A DNA stretch of 54,471 nucleotides, filler included, from Dirinaria sp. TL-2023a (lineage: Eukaryota), in assembly GCA_051941275.1 (NCBI GenBank). It is 2 parts of 2 records of this genome, joined end to end, with 100 filler letters (N's around TTAATTAATTAA, not from the genome) between each part and the next. Parts side by side here need not be neighbours in the genome. Positions count along the whole stretch, not along the records: positions 1 to 27,192 come from JAVEBF010000147.1; positions 27,293 to 54,471 come from JAVEBF010000148.1. One strand, 5' to 3'. Below, piece after piece: positions 24,549 to 37,286 of the stretch (position 1 is the stretch's first letter; each line of letters starts with the position of its first letter). Below the pieces are notes generated by a model that made no database searches, was not told the DNA's origin, and saw nothing but the letters and a program-made list of their open reading frames with translations. Position numbers and translations under genes: made by a program.

Positions 24549-26542
24549 ATGGCCCAAGACCTCGTGGCACAGTTTGGCAATCTGGCCCTCAACAACTCAA
24601 ATTGGCGTCCTGTCTATGTTGAGGATGATTACGTATCAAGGATCCCTCCATCGGGAAATTTGCAGTACTGGAATAGCACATTCAACAACTCCGACTATAC
24701 CTACCTCAGATATAGCCGCGACATCGCCGATCCGGTTGCCAATTTTGCTACTACTATGGCTCTCGATTATTACTTTCGGCCCAAAACTTTCAGCTATTCT
24801 GCAGCGTGCACTTATCCTATCAGCGGTCAATATGGGTTTCTCAACCGTCTTCTGTTCTACCTTCTGATGATCTTTGCGCTAGTTGCGCGTCGGCATGCTT
24901 GGCTGGCTACTGCCGCTCTGGGTACGGCTATGACCTATGCAGCTTCTGCTGCTGTCCATGCGTTCGCGCTCTTGGTGAAGGTCTCTCGTTCCCCAAATTA
25001 TGTGGAACATCTGCTAACATCCGTTGAAGGCGATATCGATATAGTGGGGACGCATTCGAGAGCGATCCCAAAGACCATGAGCCCAACCAGTATGGAGATC
25101 TCGATTTGGAGGGCATTTTCCCAATCCTGGTAGCCGGCTGTATAATGTTGACCCCAATTTTAAATTGGTCCAGCACAGTTCGTAAAAATGCTCGCATTGT
25201 TGCTGTCTGTTGGGGCGGTCTCATGTTTGCTGCACTCGTCCCAAGTTTTTGGAAAGTCTGGAAAGGAGTGGAACCTGTAATCGTCCTCGATCAACTCGTG
25301 ACATGTGTTGTTGACGTTGCAAAGAACTGTACATCGAATCACTTCCACGAGGGCGGAATTCTTCCTATCTCATATGATTTCTATGACATGTGAGCACATC
25401 GAGAAAGACAATCAATGGCCGAACACTAATGCAAAGCAGGTGTAGTTGTAACGACACTTGCGGCGCTGTCTCGGTACCCCACACCCCATTCAGGAAAGGC
25501 CAAGCGTTGCAAGCATATCTCATCTCAGACAGTACGATCAAATTAACCTCCACTGATTCCGTCTATCAGGCTTCCATTATTGATGCTGTCTTTCTATGCT
25601 TCATCATCGGTCATGGTATCCTTGGCTTGCTAGAGGTGGAAATTACACAAGCTGAACTGAGAAATAAGACGTTCCTCCTACTGAGTGGCCCGGGATCTTA
25701 TAGGACCCGCATAGGCTTTGTCTCTAGAACCCGTTACTACATAGCTAAATCTATAGGGTCTTTCTTATTCATGCTTGCAATTGCGGTGGCCATTATTAGC
25801 CCAGCCGTCTTCATCAGCTCCGCAATCATCAACGAGATCATCGTCTGGGGTTATCCAATATCTGAGGCACCCGATGCCGTTGGACAGGCAAGATAAATTG
25901 TCACTAATCGCCATTAAAAAGACTAATACATAACAGTGGAGCACTTACGTGGGCGCTGCGTTCGTGCTCACCGCAGCCGTGATACAAGAATTCCATTCGC
26001 AGTGGCGAAAAGCGAGGCCGGAGAGCGCAATTCCACCCAAGTTGACGATCTCTATCCAAAGCAAAGTGCGCAGCATTCTCGCAACACTGGGCGGCATTTT
26101 TGGCCAGCGCGCTCGACCTCTGGTGCATGCTCGAAAAAGTTTTCTCCGTTCGAGGGTACGAGTAATGGAGGAATGGGAAGACTTCAGATTATGGTGGAAT
26201 GACCCTATCTACAGATCCGATAAACCACACTACCGGAAAACGCACTATCAACCACTAAGTCCTTCCACTGAAATGCAACCTCTCGAAGGCGACATCATGC
26301 ATATCCATCGTGCGACAACGACAATACCAATACCGTCGAGCTTCGCAATGCACAGCCCTAAGCGACCTTCCGCAGTGGCCACTCTGCGCCCGGAGAACTC
26401 ATTATCGCCACTCATCCTGGCTAATAGTAGGCTTGCCTCTCCGCAACCGGTCGCCGATGAGCATAACTACTTCAATGACTCAGCGTCAAGTCAAGATCCA
26501 GTCCACAGGCATACATACGAACGAAGACCCAGCGCAGTATAG
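24549..26542 (+). CDS. Uncharacterised fungal multi-pass membrane protein (about 4 exons)
   Basis: Consecutive ORFs 24549..25133, 25106..25393, 25390..25896 and 25949..26542 with hydrophobic helices (CTYPISGQYGFLNRLLFYLL; PISEAPDAVGQ-WSTYVGA), separated by intron-like GT...CTAAY...AG stretches. The first intron boundary was not resolved. Confidence 0.7.
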
Positions 26543-27192
26543 TAGTAACGCTTTCAAGCTGAAGCAGGGCCTTTTCCGGAATCAACAGCCCATTCTCCAT
26601 TCCACAGAGTCGGTAATCTGGTGTTTGGTCGGGGAATAGTCCTGGTTTGGTGAATCAAGACTGGCGACTACTTTTGTCTTACTTGAAGATTTTTTCACCG
26701 AGGTCACATCTTCGCCGCAATTCACCGACAAGGGATTCCATCTTGTCTTATGCATTAGGCGAAAGTCGTTGAGGGCATTGCGGTTGAATTACAAGTCTCT
26801 TTCTTGCCGCGGATTACGGAGGTGGGGACAAGATCTTATAACTCGTTTGCCCCGGGGGGGGAGAGAGGGGAACACGCTATCTCATAACGAGACTAATACA
26901 GTTCACATTTCTCATTTCGAAAGCCAAGAAAAAGGAATATATCCTTGAATCTATGTTCCCATCTTTTTTTTTTTTCTTTTTTTTTTTTTTGGGACATTCA
27001 CATCCAATAGGACCCTTTCTGTATTTCTTTCCAGATCTGATTAGCTTTTTCAAGTAAGGAGGCGATCGTGTGTTTGGTCCCACTCCCCCACCTCTGAAAA
27101 GAACGTGAATGGACTCCGCTACAGGGATAAAAACGCCCGCCTATCCATCCATCCACCACATTCCTGCTGCCTCACCCCCCACCCCCTCACTC

Positions 27193-27292
27193 NNNNNNNN
27201 NNNNNNNNNNNNNNNNNNNNNNNNNNNNNNNNNNNNTTAATTAATTAANNNNNNNNNNNNNNNNNNNNNNNNNNNNNNNNNNNNNNNNNNNN
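27193..27292. other. Artificial contig-joining linker (N44-TTAATTAATTAA-N44)
   Basis: Exactly 100 bp of Ns with a central six-frame stop 12-mer. Both flanks are low-complexity homopolymer-rich sequence typical of contig ends. Confidence 0.97.
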
Positions 27293-27708
27293 CCATCCCA
27301 CCCCCCCAAAAAAACAAAAGAAAAGCAAATACCTCAATCAACAGTTCCATATACGCTCCCCATCCCGCTAATGCATCGATTTTTCTCTATATTTCTTGCG
27401 TGATTGTTGATGGTTGCTAATCAATACATCCATGCCCTCGATTTTTCAGATCCCTTAATTCATCCTGAAATTGAGTAGCTACTTGGTTTTGGCTGACAGA
27501 GCTTCTGGGGCTAGACGCTCGGGATATTGAGTATATCGACCGATATCTAAATTTTGTGCCCGAGATGCTTTTCTGCTTGCTTGTATCTACAATTGGACTT
27601 CGATGAATTGATTTGTGATATGTAAATAGTTCTTTGTGTTACTTTCCCAACGGTTCAGCAAAACGTGTGGATATACTCTCGTCTACCTTGCAGAGCAGAT
27701 CCACTACA

Positions 27709-29830
27709 TCAAGAATTCGCCCTGCTGCCTCCTTCATTACCCGTCCCAGCTCCAGGGCCAATCAACGCCACATCCATCTCCCCCGGGCCCCTCCCCAACA
27801 GCGACCTCACACTCCGTCTCGAGCCAGCAACCGGAAAAACATCACCAGGCACCGCATTTGGCGAGAGGGGAGGCGGGGCCCCGCTAAGCACCTTCCATAT
27901 GACCTCGATATCATTCTGCGTGAGCGTGGAATTGACGGCTTTCGCGGTCTGGTGATACAGCTCATACGACGTCTGCACAGACTGCGCTTCGACACCTTGG
28001 AACCTGAAGTCTTGGGATGTGCTGCCGAAGCTGTACGAAGCGTTGCCGGCGGATAGGTATTTGGCGGTGCCGGACTGGACAGTGCTGAGCTGGGAGCCGC
28101 TTAGGCGAGGGATGTTGCTTGCGAGCTGGATGGTTTCTGGCGATGTTTGTCCGGGGAGGCTGACTAGGCTTGGGTTCAAGATATTGAAGTCCTGGACACC
28201 GTTGGGGAAGACGGAGGGCCCGAAGGGGTTGAATGTGAGGCCTCGTGAGAGGGAGGCGTTGATGCCGACATTACCGGCTGCGTTGATTGAGAATGACGAT
28301 TGCACGTTCAAGGGGTACATGTAATCGTTTGAGTAGCCTGAAGTGTCTATATGGTAGCCTGAGCTTGCTCTATCGGATCCGGTCGTGGTTTGGTTCGTCG
28401 TCTGGTCAAATCCTTGGGCACTGAGAACATTGACGTTGTTATACACGAGGCGTTGGTACCAGGACGCCTTTTGGGCCCCACCTGAGGCGACGATCGTTGA
28501 TGTGATATTGATCTCTCGGAAGACTTGGGTACTATAGCTCAGAGACTGGTTGCCACCGGTCGAATTGGTGGTGATGCTGGAGCTAATTTGAATGTTTGGG
28601 GGACTGGCCTGGATGAACGGCGGGGTGCCTCTCGTGACAGAGCCTTGCCTGCCGGAAAAGATGAAGATCTTGCCGGTTACAACCCAATTGGAACCTACAG
28701 TCTCGGTGATAGTTGCATGATCTTTGCCATCGTCATCCAGCCCTGCGACGCGGATCTCGAATGAATGTGCTTTGCCATCACAGAGTAGCGGCAGCCAAGG
28801 AGTAACGTCTATCTCGTGCTCCCGAAGATCGAAAGCATCAATTCCCACAATGGGACGCCAGAACCCTGGCGCGATGCCTCCCGTAAAGATGATCGGAAAT
28901 GGCCATGAAACTCCCGCAAGTTGACCGTCGATCAAGAGCTGCACTTCTCTGAAAGGGGAAAACCCGTACAGCGTCCCTACTGTAGACTCAAATGTATTTA
29001 CCTGGGAGCTGAAGGTGTTTGTGTACCAAAATTCCTCGGTGGCTTGGCCACACGCTGACAAAGAAATCACCGCCCTCTCAATGTTTCGAGGTAAGGCGTA
29101 AGCGACCGAGGCATTATCTCCCGGGACGGTGAAGGCGCTTCCCTTATTCTGGGCGGACTGGCGGGATGAGATGGGAAGAATGGCGTCTGCGATGGGCTTC
29201 GGGTCGGGTTCCGGTACAGTGAAGAAGGTCGCAGTCAAGGTTGTGTTGAAAGTCCCAGTGTACGTGCTATCGATCAAGTTGCCAAGATCGAAAATGATTT
29301 TCTGCTCGGATTTCCACAGCGCGTTGTACTGCTCCATCTCCTTCACGTATGTCCAGACGATACCGTTCGCGGTAGGCTCAGCGGTCGACGTTCGGAAGAC
29401 TTCGATATCGCCAAGATACATAATCCCAAGACGATCGAACTGCCTACCTTTGCTGGTGACGGTAAAGTTCATTACCACTCGATTGAAGGCGCACGACGGC
29501 GGAGTATAAGTGCCTATGCCAGGGTTATTACCGCTCGACAGGTCACGGCCACCGCCAAAGGACTCCCTTACCAACAAAGGGTTTTCCATAGCTAAACGCA
29601 AAGACATAGCTCATCAGCAGTTGGGTGCAGGGAGCAGAAGACGGAACCAGGACCGGTTCATAGATTTGAAAATCAAGCAGAGGTTGAGAAGGCGGTGCGT
29701 TCTGTCGGCGGGCGAGCCCATGGTCAGAAGCCAGTCCGGGAGGAAACGTCTGGATTGAGAGTGCGACTGAGACAAACAGGATGAGCAAGAGGCAAAGACG
29801 CCAAGGGCCATTGCTCGTGAGTCTGCCCAT
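27709..29830 (-). CDS. Secreted peptide-N4-(N-acetyl-beta-glucosaminyl)asparagine amidase A (acidic PNGase A/At family); exons 29830-29572 and 29513-27709
   Basis: Signal peptide MGRLTSNGPWRLCLLLILFVSVALS. Motifs FAFSYGKPFVG, GRQFDRL, RTSTAEP, EEFWY, PFREVQLLIDG, IFTGGIAPGFWRPIVGIDAFD. Confidence 0.93.
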
Positions 29831-30581
29831 AGCACAGGCGGAACACTTGAGAGCTGATCAGCAACAGTCTGCAGCTCTCAGTAGGAAAGGAGGTTGTACT
29901 CATGGACAGAGGACCTAGCAGCCGCATGATAGGGCCAATGATAAGCGGCATAGTGGCGAGCCCACATGCACACTGGACTGTAGGCGAATACTCCGCCACT
30001 CGAGTGTGCGCTGCAAGATAGGCGACTCAGGCACGCAAATGGAAGGTCGTCTTGTCGCTTTCACTACTACTGATGCGCATGACATCGTTGTCGAGGGCTA
30101 GAGATCACTAGGCTGAAAGAGGTTAAATGGATCGGGTACCTTTTCGATAACCGCCGGGGACCCGGGCCGTCACTCCCTAAAGGTGGATTTACCAGAGATT
30201 TCGTTTAGACGAGACGATAGTAGTAGAGTAAGGCTTTTCAAACTACAGTACCTAAATCAAAATCTCTGAGTTGCCGAAACTGATTACGTGAGCCTCAGAC
30301 CCTGAAATTACTAGTCACGAAGCTGGTGTAAATCATCACAGGGTCAAATTCATTTCCAAGAACCTCGACCCACCCAATAACAGATAGATTGCACAACGTT
30401 CCCCAAGATCCTCATATTGCCGTGTCAGGGATCAGAGCTGCATAGATAGATATGATATGAACTAGAATACTAGCTATGCAGAACCATGGTACATGGGGGC
30501 GAGGTTTCTTCGAGGGAGCTCCAACGCTATCGCTCTGGACCCGTGACAGAACATTACTAGACCCGCCTGCAATAACTCCCA

Positions 30582-31538
30582 TCACACGTTATGCCGCGTA
30601 CCATTATCGCCCTTATGCAGGAATGCAGCAATCTGTCTGAATCGATCCCCCTCGGCCTTCGAATCGCTCGAGTCCAAACGCCAAACATGAATGCCCGCTA
30701 GATGCCCATCCTCATACGCCTTTTCCGTTTCAGGGATCGAGTGACTCTGCTGCGGAATCTCGGCATTGTACCCATAAAGTAGCTGCTGCGGCTTCAGGCC
30801 CAGATCCAGGAAGTCTTTCGTCGTCAATGAAATCCCACCCGAGTATGTCTGCATGTTCACGAAGCTGAGTGCCGGCACCGCAGCTTTGAGATACGTAGTG
30901 GAGGCGGGCGAGACACTGATAGAGAACTCGCGGCCGTCATTGATCTCGTCGAGTTTCGTGCGCACCTGTTTCAAGATGTCCCCGATGCTGGCCCGAACAT
31001 TCGTAGACTCGTAGTCGACGTCATAGCCTTCAACCTGTTTCCAATTTTCCATGAATGTCTTCACTGAGGTCGCGTACTTCTCGATTGCCGACGCATTGTG
31101 AAGTGCTGAGAGGTCACTTCCCCAGGTGTGAGGGTTGCTACCCCAGAACTGCGATCCGAAGATTTTGATATTGGGGTTGTGGGCACGAGCTCTTTGGATA
31201 GTCCATTGGAAGCGATGTGCAAGGGACCCTGTCTTGCTGGAGCTGTAGAGGCCGAATGTGCCATCGTCCTGAATGCCGACAGGCCCGATAAGCAGGAGAT
31301 CCACATCGGTGAAGCTGATGTGCTGCCATTTTGGAGGAATGCTGGTGTAATTCGAATCGTCCGAAAGGTACATCCATGTTGCTGCTATAGGTCGAGATAT
31401 GGTCGCGGTATTGGCGGAGTTCCCTGTACTCGGTGATGCTGATGGCTTGGAATGTGCTGAACGATTTGGAAGGGAGTGTATAAGAGGGAGGAAACTGATA
31501 AGGCATAAGAGAAGACGAAAGGCACTAGGAAAATGCAT
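30582..31538 (-). CDS. Secreted glycoside hydrolase family 18 (chitinase/ENGase-like TIM barrel), intronless
   Basis: Signal peptide MHFPSAFRLLLCLISFLPLIHS (ATG 31538), Ser/Thr/Pro linker, catalytic motif VEGYDVDYE, NMQTYSGG, C-terminal LAGIHVW. Confidence 0.8.
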   Translation of the reverse strand: MHFPSAFRLLLCLISFLPLIHSLPNRSAHSKPSASPSTGNSANTATISRPIAATWMYLSDDSNYTSIPPKWQHISFTDVDLLLIGPVGIQDDGTFGLYSSSKTGSLAHRFQWTIQRARAHNPNIKIFGSQFWGSNPHTWGSDLSALHNASAIEKYATSVKTFMENWKQVEGYDVDYESTNVRASIGDILKQVRTKLDEINDGREFSISVSPASTTYLKAAVPALSFVNMQTYSGGISLTTKDFLDLGLKPQQLLYGYNAEIPQQSHSIPETEKAYEDGHLAGIHVWRLDSSDSKAEGDRFRQIAAFLHKGDNGTRHNV

Positions 31539-33284
31539 GCTTATAGGACACGGAACAATAAAAATTGTGTTGGATAGATTTCTCACTTTTCTTATGTCAC
31601 TTTCATTAGGGAGTAGAATTTCTTTTATATAGAAGACGGAACTTACGAGATCTGTCGTAGCAGCGTGAACTGCTCCGCATGTCGGCTTGCGTAAGTCAAT
31701 CTTACTGCTGATTATTTAGTCGATCTCCCAGCCAGTCTGTGGATATTGTTCAGTTTCATTGTGACGCCTCATGTACGCGTGGCGACCAGACTATTTGCGT
31801 AGGTATTGTGCGAAATTGCGCCAAGGGATAGCTGACACCGCCCCCAAGCTAGCTGGTTCTAAAGCCTCGACTAGATAAGGTACCTTACCTATCCCCTGAC
31901 CGTACTCTGGATACTGCTCCTGGAATTCATGATTTCGTCGGTCTAGGGTAATAATTATGCCCCATCGTCCCCGTACCGAATACTGCTGTTGGCTTTCGTG
32001 ATGTTACGAGTGTCCGAATATTCAGCTAGCTCGCAATTTACGTCACAGAGCGATTCCAAAGCATTGGATCCTGTTGGAAGAACCCTCTGAATAAGGCATA
32101 TCTGCAGAAGTAATATCATCGCCTCTGTATTCGAGACGTCGTTTGTTCATGAACTTCCAAACCACTTCATGATCACGGTGTTGAAATCCTCGAGGCGCAT
32201 CCACGCAACTCCTCACAAGAGAGTTGAGACAGCGGACAACATGTTGCTGGCTCGACTCGAAAGAGTGCACTGACAGCTATCCCTCTCGAGTACGCGGTGA
32301 GTGCTCTTACAACATAGAAGCATTCGTTCAATGCAAGCGAAGATGAGGTCTATCTCTTCACGCCGAAAGCAATGCATGGCATGCTAAATTCTTGGAGCGC
32401 AACACTGGTGTTATGGCAATTAGCCAAAGTAGAGAGAAAACCCGATCGAGTTTAGCTTCTTCAGAATGATAAGAAAAGTGTGAAACGAGCCTCAGAAGAG
32501 AAAGCGACTTGCTATTCCAGAAAGAGATGAGTTACGCCAGGCTGATATTAATATTGGGAGCTGAAAGTGATCGTCGTGTCGTCGCTCACAGGCTAAATGA
32601 CACGCTGTACTATGTTTCAAATCTCTTGCTACAACCTTGTGAGCGAAACATGTGCTTTATGATTTCGCGTACGGGACAATGAATTAAATTTGGTTGGTGG
32701 CGCAAGGAGCGTACTTTATATATCTCCACCCCGCAATTAGCCTACACACGCGTCAACCTAACTAGCCAACCTTGAATCCAACAATAGATGATGATACTCA
32801 CCTAAAAGTGCAGATCCTGAGATATAAGTCAGCAGCAGGAGTTGGTACGTTTTGGGATACTAAAAAAAGTAGGTAGTAGAAGCTGAATAGTGACGGGAGC
32901 GTGGTGACGCGGTGCTAACAATGCCCTAATCTTAGGGAACCGGCAGGTCGAAACCCTAGGATAACCGAAGATAGATCAAGGTTGGTAGGGTTTACTCAGT
33001 GATCGCCATTGAAATGTTGAAACAAATGAAGGCATGGCGAATTGCGGAATAAGAAGGGAAAATTAGCGTGTCAAAGGATTGATGTATGCCGGAAAGGGTA
33101 TCTAAAGGTTTTGCTCAAAGATTATGTTCATGCCGGAAGCCTTCCAACCCAACCGTTCCTTCATATCATTCGTGGCCCGTCCATTGATTTCGTGACTTTC
33201 GTGATTGTGATCAAATGCTTCGTGAAAAAGAAAAGGAAAGAGTGAAATATTTTGGGTCATCACCAGAGCCCTCCTTGAGAGGAC

Positions 33285-35981
33285 CTAGCCGAAAAATTCG
33301 CCACACGCCAGTGTCTCCCACGGCTTTCCAGTATCCCATACCCGCTCGATAAGCGTTCTCGCTTTGTGTACCTACGAAAGACCGCGTCAGTCATCTTCGA
33401 AGCGGAACAACAGGTTGGTATTGTGAGTATACCTGCATCATCCCACTTAGTTCCATGGTTTTCAGCCGCTCCATGATCTTCTTCCTCCGTCCTTCTTCCC
33501 GCGCATGGCAGCCCGCCGTGAAAATGGGGAACAGCAGGCACGCTTCCGCTGGACTCCCCTTCCTCACCTCACCCAATGCCTCCACAATCTTACCGACAGC
33601 ATTTTGGATTTCAGGATCCCAGGACGCTTTCCCAATCACCCTGCGATCAAGGTGGATAAGACCTGCCCAATGAAAAGCCTCGTTGGTGGCTACCATTTCT
33701 TTAGCGTTCCACGAGTCGTCTGCGCCGCCTTCGTGCCGGTGCGGACAGCCTTGGTGCGTACGGAACCGTGATGCATGCAAGGCACTTTTCAACGCTAGGG
33801 CTGCGGAGTAGATATGGGACGGTGGCGTCCAGTCGTCAATCACCGCTCCGTCGGAATCAATCCGCTCGCTCAAACACTGTCGTGCCAGTTCCGCAATCTT
33901 AGCCAGTATCCCGATACACCGACTGGTGAAGCCAATGAGGCAGTCAATCTGGAAATCGCTCTCGTTATCTAGCTCATCGCTTGCCCAGTAATCGCCAGCG
34001 AAGAGCGGCTGGTCGCTTTTACCTCCACTCAGGCTGCCGAGCACGTCCAGATAGGCGAACCATCGACTAAGAAAGTAGGAAACCGTGTCCTTGCGACGGA
34101 TCGACCTAGCGCCGCCACGAGCCATGAGCATCCGCCTTGCAACGTTGAGGTGCGACTGCCAGGGTATGGGGACTTCGAACGTGTTCGGAGATATGATCTC
34201 CAAGGAAGCTAGCATGATCGCGGTGGCTAGATTAGCATTCGATATCTGTGAGCTTGGATCATTCAGAGCGCGGCTAAGGGCCGGAAATATATCCTGCACC
34301 CAAAGTGCGATCCGGTTGGCCGGTTCGGCATGTTTGAGCAATCGAGCGCGATGGCTTGCGGAGTATGCCAAAAGAAGATGAAGGAGGTTCTCATCCTGGA
34401 GAGCCATTTGAGGTAGTATGCTTCGGAAAGGATTCTCAATGCAGTCATGAGGCACGAGTATGCGAGCCGTGTGGTTTAGAAAATGATGGAAATAGAGGAG
34501 ATTCATAGGATTGTTTCGCAGGGTAGATGGGAGTCTCCCGAGTGACCTAGGGATAGAGACAGACACTGGCTTCTCATAGTAGCCTCCCTCGCCGTGAGCG
34601 GTATTGGCAGTGTGAATGCCGAACCCAAATTCAACGGCGGCGTAGTATTCTGCCTTACCGTCCGACTCCGCTCTAGCTAGCCCTGGGGTCGACAGCGAAG
34701 GGGTCAAGCCGTTTAGCGCAAGGGAATCATTGTTTCTAGGGAGATCGAGGTCATGGAAACCTCGATCAACGCCGTGATGAACGTACGGATCAATCGGTGG
34801 AGGGGGCACATTTTCCCCGCCGGAGTCTGGCTGGTCAGAGTCATCAGAAAGTAGCGATTTAACTGAAAGGCGCCTAATATCAAGGTTTTCTTGGTGCGAT
34901 GCTGCGGCTAGCTTCGAGGACATTGGCGTATTGTACTCGTCCCCAGTTGTGGAAGTGGCCGGGGTCAAGGCTCCAAACCTCGAAGGACTGTTGGCACCGA
35001 TACTAGACAAATACGGAGACGTACGCGCCGCGGCTGTCAGCACTCCACTCAGCGGGGCTGGTCGGGAAAAGCCCTCACTACGCTCCCAAGAGGAATCAAG
35101 GCGCATTTTCTTTGACTGAGGCTCCGCCGCGTCCTCGGTAAACTTTCGGAATGAAAACGAGAAGGGAGAAGTAGGCGGCGGACCTTGATACGGAGGTAGC
35201 ATTTGGGTTTGGTAAGGGAAGGTTGGATTTGAAAAGGGAGCGCCGTAGAACGGAGGGCTTTCAGCAGTTGAGTCTACCGGAGAAGGATAGGGTGCGATCC
35301 TGTGATCTCGTATCCGCGACAGCTGAGCAGCAGACATGTGATCGAGGAAATTAGCATTCTGTTTTTCGAGCACGTTGTTGACGGCTCGATCGGCTGCCGA
35401 GCCAAGGCGTTCTTGTGAGATAGATGGGAGCCCATTAGGGCCCGTAGCGACAGGATCGACTGCTGTCCCAGAAGAAACATGAGGTGATGTTTGTGCCGAC
35501 ACCACTCTTGCTTGCTCGGGACTGCGACTTTGCCCGTTGGATGGCGGCCGAGAGCTAGCGCTCCCATGTCTTGAATGTCCTTGCTTGGCCACTTGCTGCG
35601 GAGATGGTGAGGGCTTGGGAGGAGAGAGTAGAGGTGGTGACACCCCGGAAGCAGCATCTTGTAGTTTTCGCTTTCCACCCGGTCTAGGATACTCGCCTTC
35701 AGACGACGACCGTGTTGTCAGAGATGGACGGGTCGAGCCTGGGGGCAGCTGGGCGAAATCGCTGCGGAACCAGTTCAGGCGGATGCTGTAGTCGCAGGTA
35801 TCACCTTGACGTTCGCAGTTGAGGCAATTGGGCTTTTCCTCCCCACACTTGATCTTCCGGGTTTTGCAGGGCCTTTCTCTATCAGCGTTGCGTCTTCTCT
35901 ATCAGAGGATTCTACCGACCAGCAGCCATTTCGGCTTCTTCTCTTCGGTTCGGCAGCACCGGGCTTCTTCGCGCGCGGCAT
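33285..35981 (-). CDS. Zn(II)2Cys6 transcription factor with fungal-specific TF domain (exons 35981-35920, ~35872-33433, ~33370-33285)
   Basis: RSRNGCW|PCKTRKIKCGEEKPNCLNCERQGDTCDY binuclear cluster split by an intron. Fungal_trans_2-like region (NPFRSILPQMA, WFAYLDVLGSLS, LLFPIFTAGC). Last exon ends GEFFG*. Confidence 0.93.
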
Positions 35982-36324
35982 CGTCACAACACCTTGGGGC
36001 TCACGGCTTCAGTTCGTCATGCCGCAGAGTCTATCGCATGGCTTCGAGCTCGGCGGCTCCAGCCGTCCAAAGCAAGAAGAGGTCAATCCATCGGTACCCA
36101 ATGTTATCATCCTTGCATTGAGCGCGCCAAGCGTTCTAGATCTGGCTGTCTTGCTGCCGATGTTGCATTAGCGCCGAGGCGATTCTTCTGAGGTCGGAAC
36201 TCTCCCAAAGCGCCAGCTTGATATTACTCGACCGCACCTAATGATATCATATCACAACCGTCATAAACACCGGCAACGCCCATCTTCAAGGTATATCATC
36301 GCTACTCGCTGAAATACCCCTACA

Positions 36325-37286
36325 ATGCCTCTCAAGGAGGTGAGAACAGCAACAATACCAAACCATCATCCTCTACAACGGCTTGCCTCGCCCTCAACTA
36401 CATTTTCGTCGCTCATCCACGTTAGCTCATCGAAAAAGGCGCTCCACGATACGCGGGCTAACGCAATCAGTTCCTCGGTCTGTCAAGTTTTGCCGCGTCA
36501 TACAAATTGTATGCCCATCTAGGACTCGACTCTACTGTCTTGGTGCAAGCTCGCTGACGGTTTCATAGCCTTGTTGATAATCCTACTCCAATGTGCGATA
36601 TTCTTCTACTCAGCTTACAAGCCAGAGCTCATACTAATTCTTGGATAGCAATGATAGCTATGGCTGGCATTTCCAGTACCTCACCATCATCGGTCTTACC
36701 CTCGCCGCCATTACATTTTTCTTCGGGTCGCTTGCCGACATGACCTCCTCGAAGCTCCTCTTCCGCACCAAGAACTTCTTCTCCGTCTGCGCCGCGCCGA
36801 TGGAAGTTCTCGTTAGCCTACTATACTTCTCTTTGTCGGCTGTATGTCCTTGACATCTGTGAACGGGGCGGATAGGCTAATTCGTGACTGCAACAGTATG
36901 ACAAGTCCCTCGTAATCCCAGAGTGGGCTCAGCTGCCACTCTTCCCCGATCTCAGCTTCCATCTCTTCCCAGCGCTATTCCTCAGCCTTGATTACCTCCT
37001 CCTATCGCCTCCCTGGACGATCTCCACATCCGGGGCTTTGGTACTGAGTGGCTCCATCGCGACTGGGTACTGGTTTTGGGTACATCAGTGCTACGAACGT
37101 AATGGATTCTTTCCTTATCCGCTTTTCGAGCAATTGGATACAGTACCGAGGATTGCGTTATTCATTTCAGCGGCGCTGCTCATGACCGGTAGTACCATGG
37201 TGCTTAAATGGATCTACGGCAAGATGAATGGGAAGATATTAGAGGTACTGCAGGTAGAGCAGACCAAGAAGAAACCGAACAGATGA
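36325..37286 (+). CDS. FAR-17a/AIG1-like integral membrane protein (multi-exon), divergent from the Zn2Cys6 gene
   Basis: HPLQRL, SYGWHFQYLTIIGL (family Thr motif), APMEVLVSLLY, DLSFHLFPA (His), CYERNGFFPYPLF. GT-AG introns. Confidence 0.88.

Noticed and set aside
32788..32886. Possible box C/D snoRNA (ATGATGA ... CTGA ... CTGA)
   Set aside because: No terminal stem or clear C' box, and no convincing rRNA guide directly abutting a D box. Such short motifs arise by chance.
32924..32960. Telomere-like CCCTAA/TTAGGG motifs
   Set aside because: Only isolated single units (ccctaatcttaggg, aaccctagg), not an array.
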